Below are positions 39,483 through 49,795 of a stretch of DNA of 56,230 nucleotides, one piece after another. This stretch comes from Fibrobacteria bacterium. GTDB lineage: Bacteria; Fibrobacterota; Chitinivibrionia; Chitinivibrionales; FEN-1185. The stretch lies in assembly GCA_037447435.1 (NCBI GenBank), contig JBBIGR010000035.1:1-56230 (forward strand). Reading direction: 5' to 3'. Under the pieces are notes generated by a model. The model was not told the DNA's origin. It did no database searches and saw only the letters and a list, made by a program, of their open reading frames with translations. A program made the position numbers and the translations under genes. How positions within the stretch are numbered: position 1 is the stretch's first letter; each line of letters opens with the position of its first letter.

Positions 39483-40353
39483 TATTTCCCTTGCCGATAA
39501 AACCACCTTTAAAATCGGCGGTCCCGCCCATACCTATGTGCGGCCGCGCGACGAGCAGGACATTATCGAGAGCGTCGGGTGGGCGCGTTATCACGCCATG
39601 CCGTTATTGCTTTTAGGTAAGGGCTCGAATTTGTTGATAAGTGATAAGGGCTGGCCGGGCCTGGTCGTCGACCTGACGGCCCAAAGCGGAATCTTGTGGA
39701 CCGATGCCGTGGCAGAGGTCAAAGGCGGCGGGCTTCTGCATTCGTTGGTCAAGGAAATGGTCGATAGGAAATTATGCGGTCTCGAAAAACTGGCAGGCAT
39801 ACCGGGCAGCATCGGCGGTGCCGTAATCATGAACGCGGGAGCTTTTGGCCAAAGCGTTTCCGATTGCCTGGAATCGGTACAGTATATCGACGCCAAAACC
39901 CTGGAATGTAAAACCGTTGCGGCAGCGGATTTGGAACTTTCATATCGCTCAACAATTCTGAAAACCTCCTCGGCGATCGTTCTGTCGGCCCGGTTTGGTT
40001 TTAGGCATGACGATGCCGGCCTTGCCGCAAAAACTTTTGCGGAAGTTATTGAAAAAAGGAAAAATCGGCATCCGCTCGATATGCCGAATTGCGGCAGCGT
40101 TTTCAAAAACCCGCCGGGCACCACTGCAGGAACACTTATCGAGCAGGCGGGCTTAAAAGGAGTGAAATTCGGCAACGCCCAGGTTTCGACAAAGCACGCT
40201 AATTTCATTGTCAATTGCGGCAAAGCTACGGCGGCCGATGTTCGCTCTTTGATCGCTCTGGTACAAAAAACGATTTTTGAAAGAAACAAAATTCTGTTGG
40301 AACCCGAAGTAGTGTTTGCCGGCGAATTTGCGGAACCTCTTTTTATTCCGTAA
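39463..40353 (+). CDS. murB: UDP-N-acetylmuramate dehydrogenase
   Basis: TTFKIGG, GKGSN, GIPGSIGGAVIMNAGA, GSVFKNP, KHANF, LEPEV. Confidence 0.96.
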   Translation: MPLYLNNISLADKTTFKIGGPAHTYVRPRDEQDIIESVGWARYHAMPLLLLGKGSNLLISDKGWPGLVVDLTAQSGILWTDAVAEVKGGGLLHSLVKEMVDRKLCGLEKLAGIPGSIGGAVIMNAGAFGQSVSDCLESVQYIDAKTLECKTVAAADLELSYRSTILKTSSAIVLSARFGFRHDDAGLAAKTFAEVIEKRKNRHPLDMPNCGSVFKNPPGTTAGTLIEQAGLKGVKFGNAQVSTKHANFIVNCGKATAADVRSLIALVQKTIFERNKILLEPEVVFAGEFAEPLFIP

Positions 40354-40756
40354 AAAATTTGCCGTCCCTGCGGCATTTTTGAATCCATTCCGTATATTCG
40401 GCATCACTTTGCGCACTGTGCTCCATTAACCATCCGGTAAGAAAAATCGACAGCGCAATAGGGTTCAAACTGTCGGAATCGAAATCGTCGAGGAATTTTA
40501 CAAACCGGTTTCCAGCGCTTTCATGATCCGATTGATGCATGCTGAACCCGGGAAAATTGTAACAGCGCATCAAATATTCTTCACTGGTGAAATGAAAAAG
40601 CAAATACCGCTCTATCTCTTTGAGCAGCGTTTGCATAAAGGCCCTGTCCGTTACAACCGGGACTTTTTCTATGCGGTCGAAAAGCGAATACAGATAGTCG
40701 TGCTGAGAGTCCATTTCGGGCAGGCCCAAAATGTATCGTTTTGCTTCCTCTTGCAT
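40343..40756 (-). CDS. Bacteriohemerythrin
   Basis: MDSQH, HFTSEE, HQSDH, WLMEHxxxSD. Confidence 0.9.
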   Translation of the reverse strand: MQEEAKRYILGLPEMDSQHDYLYSLFDRIEKVPVVTDRAFMQTLLKEIERYLLFHFTSEEYLMRCYNFPGFSMHQSDHESAGNRFVKFLDDFDSDSLNPIALSIFLTGWLMEHSAQSDAEYTEWIQKCRRDGKFFTE

Positions 40757-40897
40757 TTCATTACCTTGCAGTTAAAAGGTGACGTAAAACCAAATTATAT
40801 TGTATACTGCTATAAAGGCAATGAGCGCCCAATCATTAAATCTATTGATTAAAAATCGAGGTCCGCTTTGCGTGCGCAGCGGGAAAAGGAGACAAAA

Positions 40898-42394
40898 ATG
40901 GGTTCATCACCGTCAAAAATGTCAGACTCGAAATTTTTTGATTTTGACCTCGATCACAAATATCTGTTTTTCCGGCGGACAAAAATCGTCGCAACCATCG
41001 GACCCGCATCTTCGACGCCGGCACTGTTGCATCAGCTTATCGCCAAAGGGCTCGATGTCGCACGAATCAATTTTTCGCACGGCACTGCCGAGCAGCATGC
41101 CGCAACGATCCGTCTCATACGTAAAATCTCCAAAGACCTTTCAAAAACCGTGGCCATACTCGGCGACCTTTGCGGCCCCAAGATCCGTGTCGGTGAATTT
41201 GAAGGCGGCAGCGCCGTGCTTAAAGACAACAGCGTCGTCACGATTACGACAAAGCAAGTTTTAGGCACCGCAACGCTCATTCCCTCGCAATACGCGGGAA
41301 TCGTGAAAGACGCCGCGGTCGGCCATTCGATTTTGCTCGACGACGGAAACCTTGAAGTGAAAGTGCTGGCCAAAAAAAACGGCGTGCTCACCGCCCGGGT
41401 CGTCCACGGCGGCGTGCTCAAAAACCATAAAGGCATGAATCTGCCGCAAACCGAACTCAGCGCCGCCGCACTCACGCAAAAAGACAAAGACGACGTGCTG
41501 GTCTGCATAAAAAACCGCATCGATTTTGTCGCTCTCTCGTTTGTCCGGAAAGCCGCCGACATTCGGGGGCTAAAAAGTTTTCTCGAAGAAAACGGGTCGC
41601 AGATGCCCGTTATTGCCAAAATAGAAATGCCGCAGGCTTTGTGCAATATTCAGGACATCGTCGAACTATCCGACGGCATCATGGTCGCCCGGGGCGATTT
41701 GGGGGTCGAATTGCCGGCCCGGAAAGTCCCTATAATACAAAGTAAACTTATCGATATCGCAAACGCCATGAACAAGCCGGTCATCGTCGCGACGCAAATG
41801 CTCGAAAGCATGATCAACAATGCGCGGCCGACGCGTGCCGAAGTCACGGACGTCGCTGCAGCCTGCTTGGAAGGCGCCGACGCGGTCATGATGTCCGCCG
41901 AAACCGCCTCCGGAAAATTTCCCCTGGAATCGTTCGAAACCATGGATTCGATTCTACGGGAAACCGAAACGCATCAGTTTTTCAGTCAGGGCGGTTCTTT
42001 CGACCATGCGAGGCATGAATTCGGAAACAATCTGCTCGACGCAATCGGAGAGGCCGCCGCCCAATTGTCGCGCGACCTCATGGTGCGTTGCCTGTTCGTA
42101 CTGACCGAATCCGGGTATACCGCCAGGATGATTTCATCCGACCGGCCCGCAGCGCCGATCATTGCCTTGACACGGTCGGAAATCGTGGCGCGGAAAATGA
42201 ATTTGTTATGGGGCGTTTATCCCCATCATGTGGCCAATGCGCTTAACACGCAAGAGTTTCTCGAATACGGCGAAACAGTGTTAAAAGACCTGAAACTTGC
42301 CAAGAAAAACGATTACGTGATCCTGGTTTCGGGGCTGAGCGATATCCATTCGAAACCGACGGCGATAATGGTGCATAAAATTCTCAATGCGTAA
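40898..42394 (+). CDS. pyk: Pyruvate kinase
   Basis: RRTKIVATIGP, RINFSHG, IAKIE, MVARGDLG, ATQMLESM, PTRAE. Confidence 0.97.
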   Translation: MGSSPSKMSDSKFFDFDLDHKYLFFRRTKIVATIGPASSTPALLHQLIAKGLDVARINFSHGTAEQHAATIRLIRKISKDLSKTVAILGDLCGPKIRVGEFEGGSAVLKDNSVVTITTKQVLGTATLIPSQYAGIVKDAAVGHSILLDDGNLEVKVLAKKNGVLTARVVHGGVLKNHKGMNLPQTELSAAALTQKDKDDVLVCIKNRIDFVALSFVRKAADIRGLKSFLEENGSQMPVIAKIEMPQALCNIQDIVELSDGIMVARGDLGVELPARKVPIIQSKLIDIANAMNKPVIVATQMLESMINNARPTRAEVTDVAAACLEGADAVMMSAETASGKFPLESFETMDSILRETETHQFFSQGGSFDHARHEFGNNLLDAIGEAAAQLSRDLMVRCLFVLTESGYTARMISSDRPAAPIIALTRSEIVARKMNLLWGVYPHHVANALNTQEFLEYGETVLKDLKLAKKNDYVILVSGLSDIHSKPTAIMVHKILNA

Positions 42395-42429
42395 CGTCCC
42401 GTATTATTCCTAAAGGAACCCGACAGCCG

Positions 42430-44346
42430 ATGCCGTTTACTTTAAAAGATTATGTCGACATTAAAGAGCTTGCCAAGGGCGGAATGGGCAAGATCTACAT
42501 TGCCACGCAAAAATCGCTCAATCGCCGTGTCGTCATCAAGGAAATGGCCTGCGGTCTGCTCAAGGCCGACAACGAAATAAAACGCTTCGAAAACGAGGCG
42601 CAGGCAGCCGCGGCATTGACTCACGATAATGTCATTCGGATATACGATTTCGGCGAGGAAAACGGGTCGTTTTACATAGCCATGGAATATGTCGAAGGCG
42701 CGGATCTCGACAAATTCCTGAAACAGGCCGATTTTCCCAAAGAAATCGGTATGATGATAGTATGGCTCGCGGTCAAAGGGCTTGCCGACGCCCATGAAAA
42801 GGGCATCGTGCATCGGGACGTGAAACCGGCCAATATCCTGGTTTCCAAAAGCGGGGCGGTCAAGGTCGTGGATTTCGGTTTGGCATATGCGGGAACCCAA
42901 TCCGGACAATTGACAACCACCGGTGCGATCGTCGGCACTCCGGCGTACATGGCCCCCGAACTCGTCAGCGGCGAAGAATCCCGGGACCCCTGCATGGACA
43001 TCTGGGCAATCGGCATCATCCTGTACCGCCTGGTTTCGGGCGAATTCCCGTTTACCGGCGACAATGTTCCGTCAACGCTCATCAGCATCATACAGAACCG
43101 GGTAAATCCCGTCGAGGAATTCGATACGACATTGCCGCAGCCGATAGCCGATTGCATCAATGCGTGCTTGATAAAAGACCATACGAAACGGCTTTCGAAA
43201 TTGAGCGCCGTCAATTCGTCGTTGCAGGATTATTTTTTCGAAATCGGTGTAAAAGACCCCATCGATACGATACGGCGGTTCATCGCCGACCCCGAGGAGA
43301 CAAAGGCGGAACTGAATGCGCAGCTGCTCCGGTATCATATGGCCAAAGGGAACCAGCTTTCGACGATTGCGCGATACGAATTGGCGAAGTCGCATTTCCA
43401 AAAAGCGCAAAAAATGGATCCGGCAAACGGTGAAATTACCTCGGCCCTGCATTCGTTGGAACTGTTTATGGGCTCGGTTCTCAACAGCCAAACGACCAAA
43501 GTCACCAAAGACATAGTCTCAAAAGTCAGGGAAACCAAGACCGGCAATAATCCCAAAGAACGTCATGTCCCGGTTTTGCTCGTGGTATTGTTCGTGTTTT
43601 CCCTCTTGCTTTTTTCAACAGTCCTCACCGCTATCGTCAGGCCCGATATCTGGAACATCATCACGAATAAGGCCGGCGGTTCGATGCAGTTTTTATCACA
43701 GGGCATAACCAGGGCGAAAACCACGATACACGGAATCAGTCAGGTCTTTCATTCTTCTCAATCGCCTAAAGCAATAACGCCCCTCAGTGGAAAAAAAAAC
43801 GGGGACCTCGGCAACGAGTCGAAACTCCGTAAGCCCGACACCGTCATCATCCGCGATACCGTTAAAGTGGATTCCGGTTCGCACGGCCCGCGCAACGATT
43901 CCGTCCGGGTGGGCATAGTGAAAATAGAAGTCATACCCCCGACATCGGTTGTAAAGGTCGACGGAACGCTGTTGAAAGCGTCCCAGTTCAAAGGCCTCAC
44001 GCTTCCCGCAGGTCTTCATCAATTCCTTGCTTCAAGCGACGGCTACGCGCCGTCCACCACAAGCGTTTCGATTTCCGGGAACGATACGCATCAGGTCATC
44101 ATCGGGCTAACAAAAGAGAAAAAGTGGGGGGCGATGGAAATCATTTCCGACATCAATGCCGAAATTTTCGTTGACGGCGAATTCAAGGGAACCACGCCGA
44201 CGGGTATTCCCCTGGCCCTTGTCGAAGGTGAGCACACCGTTGTTTTCAACAGGGCCGGATTCAAACCCTATGAGAAAAAAGTCGTGATCGTCCGCGGCGA
44301 AACTAAAAAAATCCGCGTCGAATCAAAATCCAAATCCTCAAAGTAA
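42430..44346 (+). CDS. Hanks-type Ser/Thr kinase with TPR, TM and PEGA domains
   Basis: GGMG, HRDVKPAN, DFG, GTPAYMAPE; PEGA (EIFVDGEFKGTTP). Confidence 0.92.
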   Translation: MPFTLKDYVDIKELAKGGMGKIYIATQKSLNRRVVIKEMACGLLKADNEIKRFENEAQAAAALTHDNVIRIYDFGEENGSFYIAMEYVEGADLDKFLKQADFPKEIGMMIVWLAVKGLADAHEKGIVHRDVKPANILVSKSGAVKVVDFGLAYAGTQSGQLTTTGAIVGTPAYMAPELVSGEESRDPCMDIWAIGIILYRLVSGEFPFTGDNVPSTLISIIQNRVNPVEEFDTTLPQPIADCINACLIKDHTKRLSKLSAVNSSLQDYFFEIGVKDPIDTIRRFIADPEETKAELNAQLLRYHMAKGNQLSTIARYELAKSHFQKAQKMDPANGEITSALHSLELFMGSVLNSQTTKVTKDIVSKVRETKTGNNPKERHVPVLLVVLFVFSLLLFSTVLTAIVRPDIWNIITNKAGGSMQFLSQGITRAKTTIHGISQVFHSSQSPKAITPLSGKKNGDLGNESKLRKPDTVIIRDTVKVDSGSHGPRNDSVRVGIVKIEVIPPTSVVKVDGTLLKASQFKGLTLPAGLHQFLASSDGYAPSTTSVSISGNDTHQVIIGLTKEKKWGAMEIISDINAEIFVDGEFKGTTPTGIPLALVEGEHTVVFNRAGFKPYEKKVVIVRGETKKIRVESKSKSSK

Positions 44347-44376
44347 AGGTCCGGCTTCGGCCCTGCAATTACATGC

Positions 44377-44937
44377 TCACCGCGGCGGTTTGGGAAAAAA
44401 CGGCGGCGGTACCGGCGGCGGCGGAAGCGGCAGCCCAGGGGCAGGCGCAACGTTCACGGTCACATGCTCCCTGGTATGACGCGGCGGCGGAACCGGTTCC
44501 TCCGAATAATCGTCGTCCTCGTCCGCAATAGGGATGCGGTCCAAAACCTTGTGGGTGCGTTTGTTGACACGTACGATTTGATTTCCCGCCATATAAAAAC
44601 CGATCCCGGGCGGCGGCGGCGGAAGCATGGGCATTAGGCCCGGCGGAACCGGCGCGAACATCCTAAAAACCGACGGCGGCGCAGGTTCGCCGACCACAAT
44701 ATCCACATGCCGCATTTTCTTAAGTTGGCCAGGCGGAATTCTGTGATGTTTGTAATAGGTCACCACCACGTCCCGGTCATCGTCCGAAAACCGGTCGACC
44801 ACAACCCGTTTCTCAACAACGACGACCTTTTTTCCATGATGCCAATCATCATTATCATAATCATCGTCATAATGCTTTTTTGCAACAACATTTGCCTGCA
44901 ATCCAAGGCAAATAAGCAACGTTAAAACCGTTTTCAT
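44377..44937 (-). CDS. Secreted Pro-rich protein (PPGQxKK motif, RcnB-like)
   Basis: Signal peptide, IPPGQLKK, LPPPPPG. Confidence 0.75.
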   Translation of the reverse strand: MKTVLTLLICLGLQANVVAKKHYDDDYDNDDWHHGKKVVVVEKRVVVDRFSDDDRDVVVTYYKHHRIPPGQLKKMRHVDIVVGEPAPPSVFRMFAPVPPGLMPMLPPPPPGIGFYMAGNQIVRVNKRTHKVLDRIPIADEDDDYSEEPVPPPRHTREHVTVNVAPAPGLPLPPPPVPPPFFPKPPR

Positions 44938-45097
44938 GCATGCACTCCATGGTTAAAGTAAGTTATCAATGGTATAAAATACGTCCAAACTATGATTTTG
45001 GCGATGAAATGATGAAAATGTTTTTTGTTTCATGGCATAATAAAGATGAAAATGATACTATTGTAATAATCATATAAATCACCGTTTCTGCAGGATC

Positions 45098-45943
45098 ATG
45101 ACAATGGCGACAATCGAAGAATTCATCCGGCTCTCAACTACGGATTTGGCCCGCGATCTGACCGCGGAATTTGCATCATTTTGCAATGTTTCGGAAGCAA
45201 TCGCGACCGCTGTTTTGGAAAACAAGCCCCATAATCTCGATCCCGGAACCGATATCGATCGGTTTTATGCCAAATCAAATGATTTTCTTGTTAATCTCAT
45301 CAGGGCCCAAATTTCCCTGAAACATCTCACCGGACGCGTTGCGTTCGTGGTGCAAACGCTCGGGTCCGGGCAAGGATTGGATGTTCTTGACGTCGGCGGC
45401 GGTTTGGGCAATTATTGCATCGCGCTTTCCCGCGCAGGTCATCGTTGCGTGTATGCCGATATTCCCGGCGTCATCATGGATTTCGCCAGTCAGCGATTCA
45501 ATTCGCGCGCCTGCGCTATCGATATTTGCGACGTCAGGCAGCTTCCCCAAAAACGGTTTCAAGCCCTGCTCAGTTTCGATGTGCTGGAACATCTCGACGA
45601 TCCGATCGCCGCAATGGTCGATTATGCCATGCATTGCGCCGAACACGGCCTGCTTTTTTTAGCAGCGGATTTCATGAATTTCGGCGAGCCGTTTCACCTC
45701 AGGAAAAACTTTTCATACTCATTTATCTATGAGGCCCTGTTGCATGATCTCGGCTTCGATCTGGCGTTCAACGGCGGCATGGATCCTCTCGAATCCATCA
45801 TGAAAGCGGGCATGAGAGTGTATACCATGGAAAGACCGTCCGACGACAGGGACGCATTGCTCCGAAAAGCAAACGATCATGCGCGCGCCGCAATAGCCGA
45901 CTATGCCTCCTATTTCCAACAGGAGCTTTCCCGGCTTTCGTAA
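45098..45943 (+). CDS. Class I SAM-dependent methyltransferase
   Basis: VLDVGGGLG, DVLEHLDDP. Confidence 0.85.
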   Translation: MTMATIEEFIRLSTTDLARDLTAEFASFCNVSEAIATAVLENKPHNLDPGTDIDRFYAKSNDFLVNLIRAQISLKHLTGRVAFVVQTLGSGQGLDVLDVGGGLGNYCIALSRAGHRCVYADIPGVIMDFASQRFNSRACAIDICDVRQLPQKRFQALLSFDVLEHLDDPIAAMVDYAMHCAEHGLLFLAADFMNFGEPFHLRKNFSYSFIYEALLHDLGFDLAFNGGMDPLESIMKAGMRVYTMERPSDDRDALLRKANDHARAAIADYASYFQQELSRLS

Positions 45944-45973
45944 AAAATCATTGTCGGTTAAATCGCGATAACC

Positions 45974-46207
45974 TTAATCGATGATGACCCAAACATGTCC
46001 TCTCCGCAGTCTCCAATGACCGGGAATCCACACATAGCGATGCCGCACCCAATTCCATTTCCAATGGCCGTTCATCCACACCGCATCGGGATGCGGCTGC
46101 GCGGGTACGACATAACCCACCGGCGGCGGTGGCGGCGGCATTGTTGCAACACAACTCATCTCCGCACAAAACATGCTCAGTAAAACAATCGCACATACTT
46201 TTCGCAT
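45974..46207 (-). CDS. YXWGXW-repeat small lipoprotein-like protein
   Basis: Signal peptide with Cys, poly-Pro, VWMNGHW and YVWIPGHW. Confidence 0.8.
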   Translation of the reverse strand: MRKVCAIVLLSMFCAEMSCVATMPPPPPPVGYVVPAQPHPDAVWMNGHWKWNWVRHRYVWIPGHWRLRRGHVWVIID

Positions 46208-46371
46208 AATAAGCCTTTCCGAAGCAAAGGTGAAAGTGTCGGCTTGGATTACGGCCATTCAATATAGTATGGTTAAAAATATCATAAAATTGTATTCAAA
46301 CAGCCATTATAAAACTTTTCCGTAGACCTCTCAAAAATTATCGGGCTGCCATAATTTCCCCTGTTTTATTT

Positions 46372-46400
46372 GTAACATTTTCCCGGTTTAAATCGTTGTA
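46372..46400 (+). promoter_or_regulatory. Possible ECF-type promoter
   Basis: GTAACA-N16-CGTTGTA. Confidence 0.4.
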
Positions 46401-46453
46401 TATCCGGAACAAGGGATTTTTACCAGCCCACTTCACCTAACAAAGGAGGGCGT

Positions 46454-47536
46454 ATGAGCGCATTGCCGGGATTTACAATAGGCGGATCGTACGATTCGGC
46501 CGAAGAAATGGAAGAAGATGAAGCTGCACAGAAGATCTTGCCGTTATCGGAGTTTCTGGAAAAAATCCGGTATCGGGCCGATATTTTCAATATGGACGGC
46601 GAAAGCAAATTATCAACCGTGGAATCGGTATGTTTGCTGCTTGCGATAGCCTCGGGTCTTTTCATGTCGACACTGGAAATTACAAAAGCGGTTTCGGATC
46701 AATTTTTTCCTGCCGATAAACCGTTGCCGACCGGTTCGGTAAAGCTGACGACGCAAACGGTCGAAAGGTCCGACCGGCCAAGCAAAATGCCGCCTGCGTC
46801 GAATTTTGCAAAACGATCGCTTAGGGCGTCTTTGTCGCATGCGCCGTCGACCCATGGCGGCGTCGGCGACGCGAATTCGCGTATAGCAAGAGACAAGGCG
46901 TTTTTGATGCTTTCCCGGGCCATTGCCGGAAAAACCGGGAATGCGGTGGGGGTGGGGACGGCTTTATCGGGCCTGGAAAGCGGGCTGGATGTCATATTGC
47001 AGGGGATAAATACCTTAAAGCAAGGAAGCAACGGCGGCATCGGTCGCACGCCGGAACCGGGCATAGGAACAATGCCGGGATACGGCGTTAGCGGCCACTT
47101 CGGCGACGGAGACGGTCAAATCGGCGATCTGCTCGACGGTTTGATGGCCGGCGACGAAACCCCGCTGGTCATGAAAAAACGCGACAATTCCGATCTGTTG
47201 CAAATGCCAAAAGCGCAAATGACGAATATCGCGGCGATAGTCGGCGGCCGGTCCAAATCCACCATCATGGCGACGGTGCTTTCCAATTTGCCGGCGATCA
47301 GGTTCGCGTATAACCGCTGGCTGCGCAAGCACCCCGGGCATACGGGTAAGCTCACCCTGAAATTCGCCATCGACGAATTCGGCACGGTCGTTTATTGCGA
47401 AATTGACAATGGGTCGCTTAACGATTTGGAATTGGAAAGAGAGGTCGTCGCTATTGTAAAATCGTGGAAATTCGGGAAAATAGACAAGCCGGGAGATATC
47501 ACCGAGGCCATTTACCCCTTGGTTTTTTCAATGTAA
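46454..47536 (+). CDS. AgmX/PglI-like (TonB C-terminal) domain protein
   Basis: One TM, Gly-rich linker, IRFAYNRWLRKHPGHTGKLTLKFAI...WKF...YPLVF. Confidence 0.8.
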   Translation: MSALPGFTIGGSYDSAEEMEEDEAAQKILPLSEFLEKIRYRADIFNMDGESKLSTVESVCLLLAIASGLFMSTLEITKAVSDQFFPADKPLPTGSVKLTTQTVERSDRPSKMPPASNFAKRSLRASLSHAPSTHGGVGDANSRIARDKAFLMLSRAIAGKTGNAVGVGTALSGLESGLDVILQGINTLKQGSNGGIGRTPEPGIGTMPGYGVSGHFGDGDGQIGDLLDGLMAGDETPLVMKKRDNSDLLQMPKAQMTNIAAIVGGRSKSTIMATVLSNLPAIRFAYNRWLRKHPGHTGKLTLKFAIDEFGTVVYCEIDNGSLNDLELEREVVAIVKSWKFGKIDKPGDITEAIYPLVFSM

Positions 47537-47636
47537 ACGCCCTGCGGCGGGGGCCTTTTGCAATAAACATTGGTAAACACGGTCGAACAATGTATTTTCC
47601 CATTATCGTTTATCGACGTCGCAAACAGACGGGGTT

Positions 47637-48134
47637 GTGTTTACCGTGGACAATGATGAAATCAAATCGCTCTATGCGGCGCATGCGAAAAGCGTGTATA
47701 ATTATATTTTATGGATGACACGAGATGCCGACCTCGCCCGCGACATTTTGCAGACCGTTTTCATCAAGGCCTGGCAAAGCCCGACGTTTCCGTCGCCGCC
47801 CGAAGAACGGAACAAATGGCTCTTTACCGCTGCAAGAAACGGGTGTTACGATTCGTTCAGGTTCAAAGCGCGGCACAACCATTTCAGGTCGCGCTATTCC
47901 TATGCGTGCAACCATGAAAACGACGATGCGCACGACGGCGTGTTTTGGGAACTCCTTGCGCAATGCACGCAAACCGAACGGAGCATACTGTATCTGCATC
48001 TCAAAATGGGGTATTCGTATGCCGAAATCGCGCCGATACTCGATTTATCACAGAGCAATGTGCGCGTCAGGGTTTGCAGGGCAATGAAAATGCTCAGGGA
48101 GCATTTTACAAGGAGCGGACGACATGAGCGCTAA
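47637..48134 (+). CDS. ECF sigma factor
   Basis: ARDILQTVFIKAW, WLFTAARN, GYSYAEIA...NVRVRVCRA. Confidence 0.88.
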   Translation: MFTVDNDEIKSLYAAHAKSVYNYILWMTRDADLARDILQTVFIKAWQSPTFPSPPEERNKWLFTAARNGCYDSFRFKARHNHFRSRYSYACNHENDDAHDGVFWELLAQCTQTERSILYLHLKMGYSYAEIAPILDLSQSNVRVRVCRAMKMLREHFTRSGRHER

Positions 48135-48462
48135 CGGACAAAATCCGACGCAAAAAGAAAAAGACATCATCGAATCGGCGCTCTGCGGCGATTCCGGGAA
48201 ATTGCCCGGGCCTCTCGATGCGAACGATGAGGCCTTTGCAAAAGATATTCTCGAAATAAAGGCCGGCCTCGCCGCTCTCGAAGACGACGAACCGCCTCGC
48301 GACGTGTTTCCCCTGGCTCCTTCCAAATCCTCCCATCATTTCGGTTCCTGGATGGAATCCTTGCCGATCGATTGGTACGCCAATCCGTTCGTTCTGGTTT
48401 TCGGGTTCTTCATCGCCATGGTCTTTTTATATGTCGTCATGATTTTTGTTTTTAAAGGGTAA
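48124..48462 (+). CDS. Small membrane-anchored putative anti-sigma factor
   Basis: Overlaps the ECF gene; single C-terminal TM. Confidence 0.6.
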   Translation: MSANGQNPTQKEKDIIESALCGDSGKLPGPLDANDEAFAKDILEIKAGLAALEDDEPPRDVFPLAPSKSSHHFGSWMESLPIDWYANPFVLVFGFFIAMVFLYVVMIFVFKG

Positions 48463-48518
48463 CTTGTTTCGCCGTCAACGGGTTTTGTCAAACTTTTTCA
48501 AAATAGGAAACGACGATG

Positions 48519-49574
48519 TCAACGAATAACCATTTTCCCTTGGTTTAAAACCCGGTTTTCCCCTTTTACGGAATAAAGGTAAACACCTCTGCCAAGCGGT
48601 GCGCTCAATCCGGCGCCGTTACCCGCGAAAACATCCGCATTACCCTCCGCGGTGGCCATGACTTTTCCGCTAAGACTATATGCGGTAAAGGTCAAATTGC
48701 CGATATTGGCGTTCGGCCATATCCGAACGTGCGCATTGCTAACCGGCGATACCGTCATGCCGGATAATTTATTGTCAATCACAAAGCTTATCGGCTGGGC
48801 AGTATGCACCGGCACGGGCGCGGTATAGGAAACAACGGTCGATGTCGTGGTCGCGACGGTCGATGTCGTTGTGGTTTTGGATATGGAAAATCCCGTATTG
48901 ACCGGTAATGTCGTGTCCAGCCAACTATACGTGGTTATATCGGTTTTACTCCCCGATGTAAACAAAGCCCCGAAAAAAGTCGAATCGGTCTGCGAAGTGA
49001 CTGTTTTAAACCGCAAGGCATGGCTAAAAGTTTGCCATGGAAGCGCGAGCGTTCCCATTCCGTCGAATGTCACGGTCTTCGTCGCATCGACTTTCGAGAT
49101 AAATTTTACACTCGCAAGCGTTGTCGTATCGACATATCCGTACGTGTCGGTAAAAGATTGACCGTACGAAAGCGAACGCAACGCCGAAAGCTGCGGGTTT
49201 GTATACACCAAAGTCCTGAGACTGTCGGCAAATCCGAGGAAAATCAGGCTGTCGCCCGCTATCCTGTAATAAAAAAATTGGGACATTCCGCCTTGATTAG
49301 TAATAGCATCCGTTGCCGTCGGAAAACTCGCGACATACGGCGTCGATGCGGGGGTTACTTTCATTGCGCTGAAAACGCTCGTGTCGCGGGGCTTAACGGT
49401 CGGCGCCCAGGCAACATTCGTTCCGGCACTGCCTTCCGACACGCCGGCGGTATCGCAGTTTATGGTTCTTACCTGGCCAATTGTAAAGGAACTATAATTA
49501 AAAGGCTGCGCCAAAACGTCGGTTACCAACGCAAAAATTATTCCCGCCGAAAATGAAATAGAAATAGCTTTCAT
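48519..49574 (-). CDS. Secreted Thr/Ser-rich beta protein with T9SS-like C-terminal domain
   Basis: RBS AGGAGG, signal peptide, AYSLSGK...GVYLYSV. Confidence 0.78.
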   Translation of the reverse strand: MKAISISFSAGIIFALVTDVLAQPFNYSSFTIGQVRTINCDTAGVSEGSAGTNVAWAPTVKPRDTSVFSAMKVTPASTPYVASFPTATDAITNQGGMSQFFYYRIAGDSLIFLGFADSLRTLVYTNPQLSALRSLSYGQSFTDTYGYVDTTTLASVKFISKVDATKTVTFDGMGTLALPWQTFSHALRFKTVTSQTDSTFFGALFTSGSKTDITTYSWLDTTLPVNTGFSISKTTTTSTVATTTSTVVSYTAPVPVHTAQPISFVIDNKLSGMTVSPVSNAHVRIWPNANIGNLTFTAYSLSGKVMATAEGNADVFAGNGAGLSAPLGRGVYLYSVKGENRVLNQGKMVIR

Positions 49575-49625
49575 ACGTCCTCCTTGATCTGATTTTCGCA
49601 GATATTGGAATCCAGAACATAAAAA

Positions 49626-49641
49626 AGCAATTATAATGCCA
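49626..49641 (-). promoter_or_regulatory. sigma54 promoter
   Basis: TGGCATTATAATTGCT on the minus strand. Confidence 0.65.
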
Positions 49642-49684
49642 TTAAAAAAACAATCGTTTATACGGCAAACCCTAAACAACATCT

Positions 49685-49700
49685 TGGCATGCATTTTGCA
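49685..49700 (+). promoter_or_regulatory. sigma54 promoter
   Basis: TGGCATGCATTTTGCA. Confidence 0.7.
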
Positions 49701-49795
49701 TTTATATAAGAAACCCAATCGGTATTTCGATCTTTTGCGGCATATTTACATTTGCAGAAAAGGGACTTTTTTTTACAACCATAGAGGGATAAAGC

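Noticed and set aside
45040..45080. Fur-box-like AT-rich sequence
   Set aside because: Poor match to the 19-bp consensus and no iron-related target.
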